From the NCBI GenBank assembly GCA_041641295.1, contig JBEPYO010000001.1:576001-640000 (forward strand): DNA of 64,000 bases, given 5' to 3'. The notes under the pieces were generated by a model that did no database searches, was not told where the DNA came from, and saw only the letters and a program-made list of their open reading frames with translations. The DNA is from Nitrososphaerota archaeon. Its GTDB lineage: Archaea; Thermoproteota; Nitrososphaeria_A; Caldarchaeales; Calditenuaceae. The translations under genes were made by a program, and so were the position numbers. Below are positions 60,327 to 64,000 of the stretch, one piece after another. Position 1 is the stretch's first letter. Every line of letters begins with the position of its first letter.

Positions 60327-60800
60327 CTAACCCCGCAGCCCCACCCTCCTGATGGCGGCCTCGTTTATGATGCTTGAGGCTGCGAGCGCGATTGGGAGGG
60401 CTGCGATACCGGCCTCCACTAGCGGCTGCTGGCCTAGGAAGACTATGTGTGCTATTGCAAGTGCTGCGCCAATTCCCGCCGCTGAGAGGTTTCCCAAGGT
60501 CGAGGATGTGATGGAGAGTGCCAATGCTGCGAGGGTAGCAATCACGGCTAGGGGCCAGGGGAGAAGTCGCGCCACGGTTATACTGGGATTCAGGATTATG
60601 AGGAGTAGATAGGACACCGCTATTATTGGAGGAATATACCCCAAGAGCGCCGGCCTAGTCCTCTTCTCCTCGCTCGCCACCATGACTAGGGTGAATCCGC
60701 TTCTACATGAGGGGCACTCGGCCTTCCATGCTTGGAGATAGACTTCATACCCGCAGTTTGTGCATCTGAAGAGCCGGAGCCTCTTGCCCACGAAATCCAC
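60327..60800 (-). CDS. Zn-ribbon membrane protein
   Basis: CTNC...CPSC followed by four hydrophobic segments. Confidence 0.6.
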   Translation of the reverse strand: MDFVGKRLRLFRCTNCGYEVYLQAWKAECPSCRSGFTLVMVASEEKRTRPALLGYIPPIIAVSYLLLIILNPSITVARLLPWPLAVIATLAALALSITSSTLGNLSAAGIGAALAIAHIVFLGQQPLVEAGIAALPIALAASSIINEAAIRRVGLRG

Positions 60801-60844
60801 GTGTTGCGCTCATGGATATATATGTGAGCAGTGTAACTTAACGT

Positions 60845-61864
60845 GTGATGGAGCCAGAAGCCGCTGACAGCCTATACGACATAGTTATAATCGGGTCCGG
60901 ACCCGCCGGATACACCGCTGGTATATACGCCGCTAGAGCAAACCTCAAGACGGTTATAATAGCGGGAGTCACGCCGGGTGGACAGCTCATGTTAACAGGC
61001 GTAGTCGAGAATTTTCCCGGATTCCCTGACGGAGTCCAAGGGCCTGACTTGATGGAGAGCATGAGGAGGCAGGCAGAGAACGCCGGAGTGGAGATCGTAT
61101 ATGACGACGCGGTGGACGTGGATTTCAGCACCTATCCAAGGAAGATAATAACCTCTGATCGGACCTTCCTCGCCAAGGCCGTGATAATTGCGACTGGAGC
61201 GTCGCCGAAGTGGCTCGGGCTTGAGTCTGAGAAGCGCTTGCTAGGGCGCGGCGTATCCAGTTGTGCAACATGTGACGGCCCGTTATTCAGGGGGGCGAAG
61301 TGTGCCGTCGTTGTTGGCGGCGGCGACTCTGCCATGGAGTATGCCCTCTTCCTATCCAAGCTAGTTGAGAAGGTGGTGGTTGTCCACAGGAGGGATAAGC
61401 TCCGGGCCTCGAAGATTATGCAGGAGAGGGCCCTCTCAAACCCGAAAATAGAGTTTGTGTGGAATAGCGTTGTAGTGGATGTGTTGGGGAGTGAGAGGGT
61501 TGAGGGGGTCAAGGTCAAGAACAAGCTGACGGGTGAGGAGAAGGTTATACCTTGCAACGCAGTGTTCGTCGCAATAGGCCACGCGCCTAATACTGAGTTT
61601 CTGCGGGGTAAGTTGGAACTAGACGAGGAGGGATACATTAAACTGTATAATAACTTCGAGACGAGTGTTAAGGGTGTTTTCGCGGCTGGCGATGTCCACG
61701 ATAAGAGGTATAGGCAGGCGATAACGGCTGCTGGTTTTGGATGCATGGCTGCGATGGAGGCGATAAGATTCATAGAGGAGGGACATCCAGAGAGGCTTGA
61801 GAAGGAGTATCGTGCTGGACGGGTAGAAGTGGTCTCCGGCTCTAACCCCTCAGAGCAATCTTAG
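60845..61864 (+). CDS. trxB: Thioredoxin reductase
   Basis: GSGPAG, CATCDG, GGGDSA, FAAGDV, RQAITAAG. Confidence 0.95.
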   Translation: MMEPEAADSLYDIVIIGSGPAGYTAGIYAARANLKTVIIAGVTPGGQLMLTGVVENFPGFPDGVQGPDLMESMRRQAENAGVEIVYDDAVDVDFSTYPRKIITSDRTFLAKAVIIATGASPKWLGLESEKRLLGRGVSSCATCDGPLFRGAKCAVVVGGGDSAMEYALFLSKLVEKVVVVHRRDKLRASKIMQERALSNPKIEFVWNSVVVDVLGSERVEGVKVKNKLTGEEKVIPCNAVFVAIGHAPNTEFLRGKLELDEEGYIKLYNNFETSVKGVFAAGDVHDKRYRQAITAAGFGCMAAMEAIRFIEEGHPERLEKEYRAGRVEVVSGSNPSEQS

Positions 61865-62468
61865 AAATCCTGTGGGCCTCCTTAAGGGGCGCAATTAGGT
61901 CGCACCCCACAGAGTTAACCAGCCTCAACACAGACTCGACATCAACCATGTGGCCCACGCTCACATAGTATCTCCTACCACCCTTCCCTCTAAGAATTAC
62001 ACCTACCCTCTCTCCTCCAGCCTCAAGATACTCCACACCATCCTCAACCCTAGTCTCACCGTAGAGAAGCGATTTCGCAACACCCACCGATGGTGTGTCG
62101 GCGAGTAGGCCGACGATGCTGGCGAGGCCCGCCTTCCTCGGGTGGGCTAGACCATGACCATCAACTAGGAGTAGATGAGGCCTTGTTGACAGCCGCTTGA
62201 TGGCAGCTAGCATTAAGGGGGCTTCGCGGGCATATAGCAGCCCGGGGATGTAGGGGAAGAAGACATCTCCACGAAACGTTACTGTCTCTACCACCTTCCT
62301 CCCAGTTTTGGACCATAGGACAGCAGCTGCTACACCCTCCTCCCCCCTGTAGGAGACGTCGAGGCCACACAACATCTCAACGCTCCCAACATCCAGCTGT
62401 GTGACATGTACCTGTCCAGCCAAGAGTAATTGTATTCCCTTGAAGAAGTCGACTAGATGGGATACCAA
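61842..62468 (-). CDS. nfi: Endonuclease V
   Basis: GLDVSY, FPYIPGLL.ARE, VDGHGLAHPR, GVAKS, YVSVGH. Confidence 0.9.
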   Translation of the reverse strand: MVSHLVDFFKGIQLLLAGQVHVTQLDVGSVEMLCGLDVSYRGEEGVAAAVLWSKTGRKVVETVTFRGDVFFPYIPGLLYAREAPLMLAAIKRLSTRPHLLLVDGHGLAHPRKAGLASIVGLLADTPSVGVAKSLLYGETRVEDGVEYLEAGGERVGVILRGKGGRRYYVSVGHMVDVESVLRLVNSVGCDLIAPLKEAHRISKIALRG

Positions 62469-62518
62469 TCTAAGTGGGGATGATGTGTCGGAGGGATATA
62501 TTTACAGCGGGTGGTGTG

Positions 62519-63733
62519 TTAACGCCTTGCCGGAGCTGGCTCAACCGCACGAACATTCTCTAGGACCATTTCTATCGATTTTGAGAGTTCGGCAAGGCTC
62601 TCCACCCTTATCGCCGCTCCCTTGACCTCGGCTGGGCCGAGTACGATGAGTGGGATGCCCTGTAGGGCTATTGTCTCGGCGAGTATTTGGTTCTCTGAGT
62701 TCAGGGGGCCTATTGGCGGTGAGGTGTAGATTGCCGCGGCGCAGTCCCGGGCCTCTTCGAGCGCTCGGTGCACGTTCTCTGGGCTTATGGGTTGGAAAGC
62801 CTGCTCGGCAATAATCACCCCTCCGAGCAGGGCCGCTACACAGTAGTCTATGTCTCCCTTGTGTAGCACGCCTGTAGAGAACTGGTAGCCTAGCCTGGCG
62901 AGCATCCTGTAGACTAGAGCCCCGCTCCCACCACCCGCCACCACGAAAAGTCGCGGCTTATCCTCCGCCCCGGGCCTAAACTCGACTGACATGAGCTCTG
63001 GAGAAAAGGTTAGCTGCCCGTCTAGTCCGTAGAGGTGCATGGGGCCGCCAAGAGCTACGAACTCCTCCGGCGAGTCGTATAACACGACTCTGCCTCCCGA
63101 CACGATTAATAGACGGTCAGCCATCCTGAGGGCTAGCTCAACCTCGTGGAGCGAGGCTATGACGGCTATTTCCCTCTCCCTAGCGACCCGCTTAATCGTT
63201 AGAAGTATCTCCACCCTCGCCTTCGGGTCGAGGTAGGTTACTGGCTCATCGAGTATGAGGACTTTGGGCTCCTGAGCCAAGGCCCTCGCTATCATCACCT
63301 TCTGCCTCTGCCCGTCGCTGAGCTCGCTTAGCCGCCTGTCCGCCAGGTGTTCGATGCCCGCGTCGGCTAGGGCCCTCCAGACTTCCCTCCTGTCCCTATC
63401 GGTTAGAGTGTGTAGCGAGTTGGTGTAGGGGTATCTGCCTAGCGAGACAGCCTCGAAGACTGTGAGCTGCGTCGGACGCAATTGTTCAGTGAGCACAGCC
63501 CCCACGAGCCGGGCAATCTCCCTCGCACTCATCCTCGCGGCAGCAGCTCCGTCAACATACACCACGCCACCTAGGGGCTTCATCAGACGAGCAAGTGTTT
63601 TCAGGAGCGTAGTCTTTCCAGCCGCGTTAGGGCCTATCACGGCTACAAACTCGCCACCCCTAACCGAGATGTTAACCCCGGCTACGACAGGCCTCCCACC
63701 ATACCCCGCCGACAGGTTGACAGTCTCGATCAA
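62519..63733 (-). CDS. Iron-chelate/cobalamin ABC transporter ATP-binding protein with C-terminal extension
   Basis: GPNAAGKTT, LSDGQRQK, LDEP. Confidence 0.85.
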   Translation of the reverse strand: MIETVNLSAGYGGRPVVAGVNISVRGGEFVAVIGPNAAGKTTLLKTLARLMKPLGGVVYVDGAAAARMSAREIARLVGAVLTEQLRPTQLTVFEAVSLGRYPYTNSLHTLTDRDRREVWRALADAGIEHLADRRLSELSDGQRQKVMIARALAQEPKVLILDEPVTYLDPKARVEILLTIKRVAREREIAVIASLHEVELALRMADRLLIVSGGRVVLYDSPEEFVALGGPMHLYGLDGQLTFSPELMSVEFRPGAEDKPRLFVVAGGGSGALVYRMLARLGYQFSTGVLHKGDIDYCVAALLGGVIIAEQAFQPISPENVHRALEEARDCAAAIYTSPPIGPLNSENQILAETIALQGIPLIVLGPAEVKGAAIRVESLAELSKSIEMVLENVRAVEPAPARR

Positions 63734-64000
63734 ACCTGTACACCTCGTCCTTTTAGGAGGAGGTAGATTACCAAGGGCGCGCCGAAGAGTGCTGTTACCG
63801 CTGTTATCGGTATCTCGATTGGTTTGAAGGCGAGGCGTGAGAGTAGGTCGGCGGCTGCGGCGAGGGTTGAGCCGAGGAGGGCTGATGCGGGGATGATTGT
63901 GAAGTGGTTTGATGTTCGTGTGAGCTGACGGGCTAAGTAGGGTGCTGAGAGGCCGATGAAGCCTACTGAGCCGGCTATGGTCGTGACTATCGAGACCGGT
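63730..64000 (-). CDS. FecCD/BtuC family permease, C-terminal part
   Basis: Read manually: ...GSVGFIGLSAPYLAR...ADLLSR...EIPITAVTALFGAP...GRGVQV*. Confidence 0.9.
   Translation of the reverse strand, partial: PVSIVTTIAGSVGFIGLSAPYLARQLTRTSNHFTIIPASALLGSTLAAAADLLSRLAFKPIEIPITAVTALFGAPLVIYLLLKGRGVQV

Noticed and set aside
1-64000. CRISPR array, rRNA or transposase
   Set aside because: No regularly spaced repeats or recognisable signatures seen by eye

Overview
This is a 64-kb chromosomal segment of a TACK-type archaeon, most consistent with Aigarchaeota/Caldarchaeales (inferred from CdvB, csl4-rpoL-tfs, short XPF, a ubiquitin-like protein and a non-canonical tRNA intron). Core genes include EF-1beta, pgk, a bacterial-type gap, cimA, tmk, glmS, thrC, proS, sec61beta, trxB, nfi and hsp20. 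The window also holds an AT-richer glycosylation island (~5.8-18.9 kb), a group 3b [NiFe]-hydrogenase operon and six tRNA genes, two of them with BHB introns. Two loci stand out. (1) Two paralogous free-standing HTH-HTH-LAGLIDADG endonuclease genes each sit tail-to-tail against the 3' end of a tRNA gene (His-GTG and intron-containing Arg-CCT), suggesting a tRNA-targeting selfish element family. (2) An AT-rich islet encodes a DCC1-like thiol-disulfide domain fused to an internal twin-Arg signal, a pro-region and a 12-Cys hairpin peptide (halocin C8-like), followed by a candidate immunity membrane protein. Three ORFs missing from the track were read directly: a histone H1-like Lys/Ala protein, a CTG-start rpoL and an ATP-cone remnant. 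All calls rest on motif recognition by eye; no database search was run.
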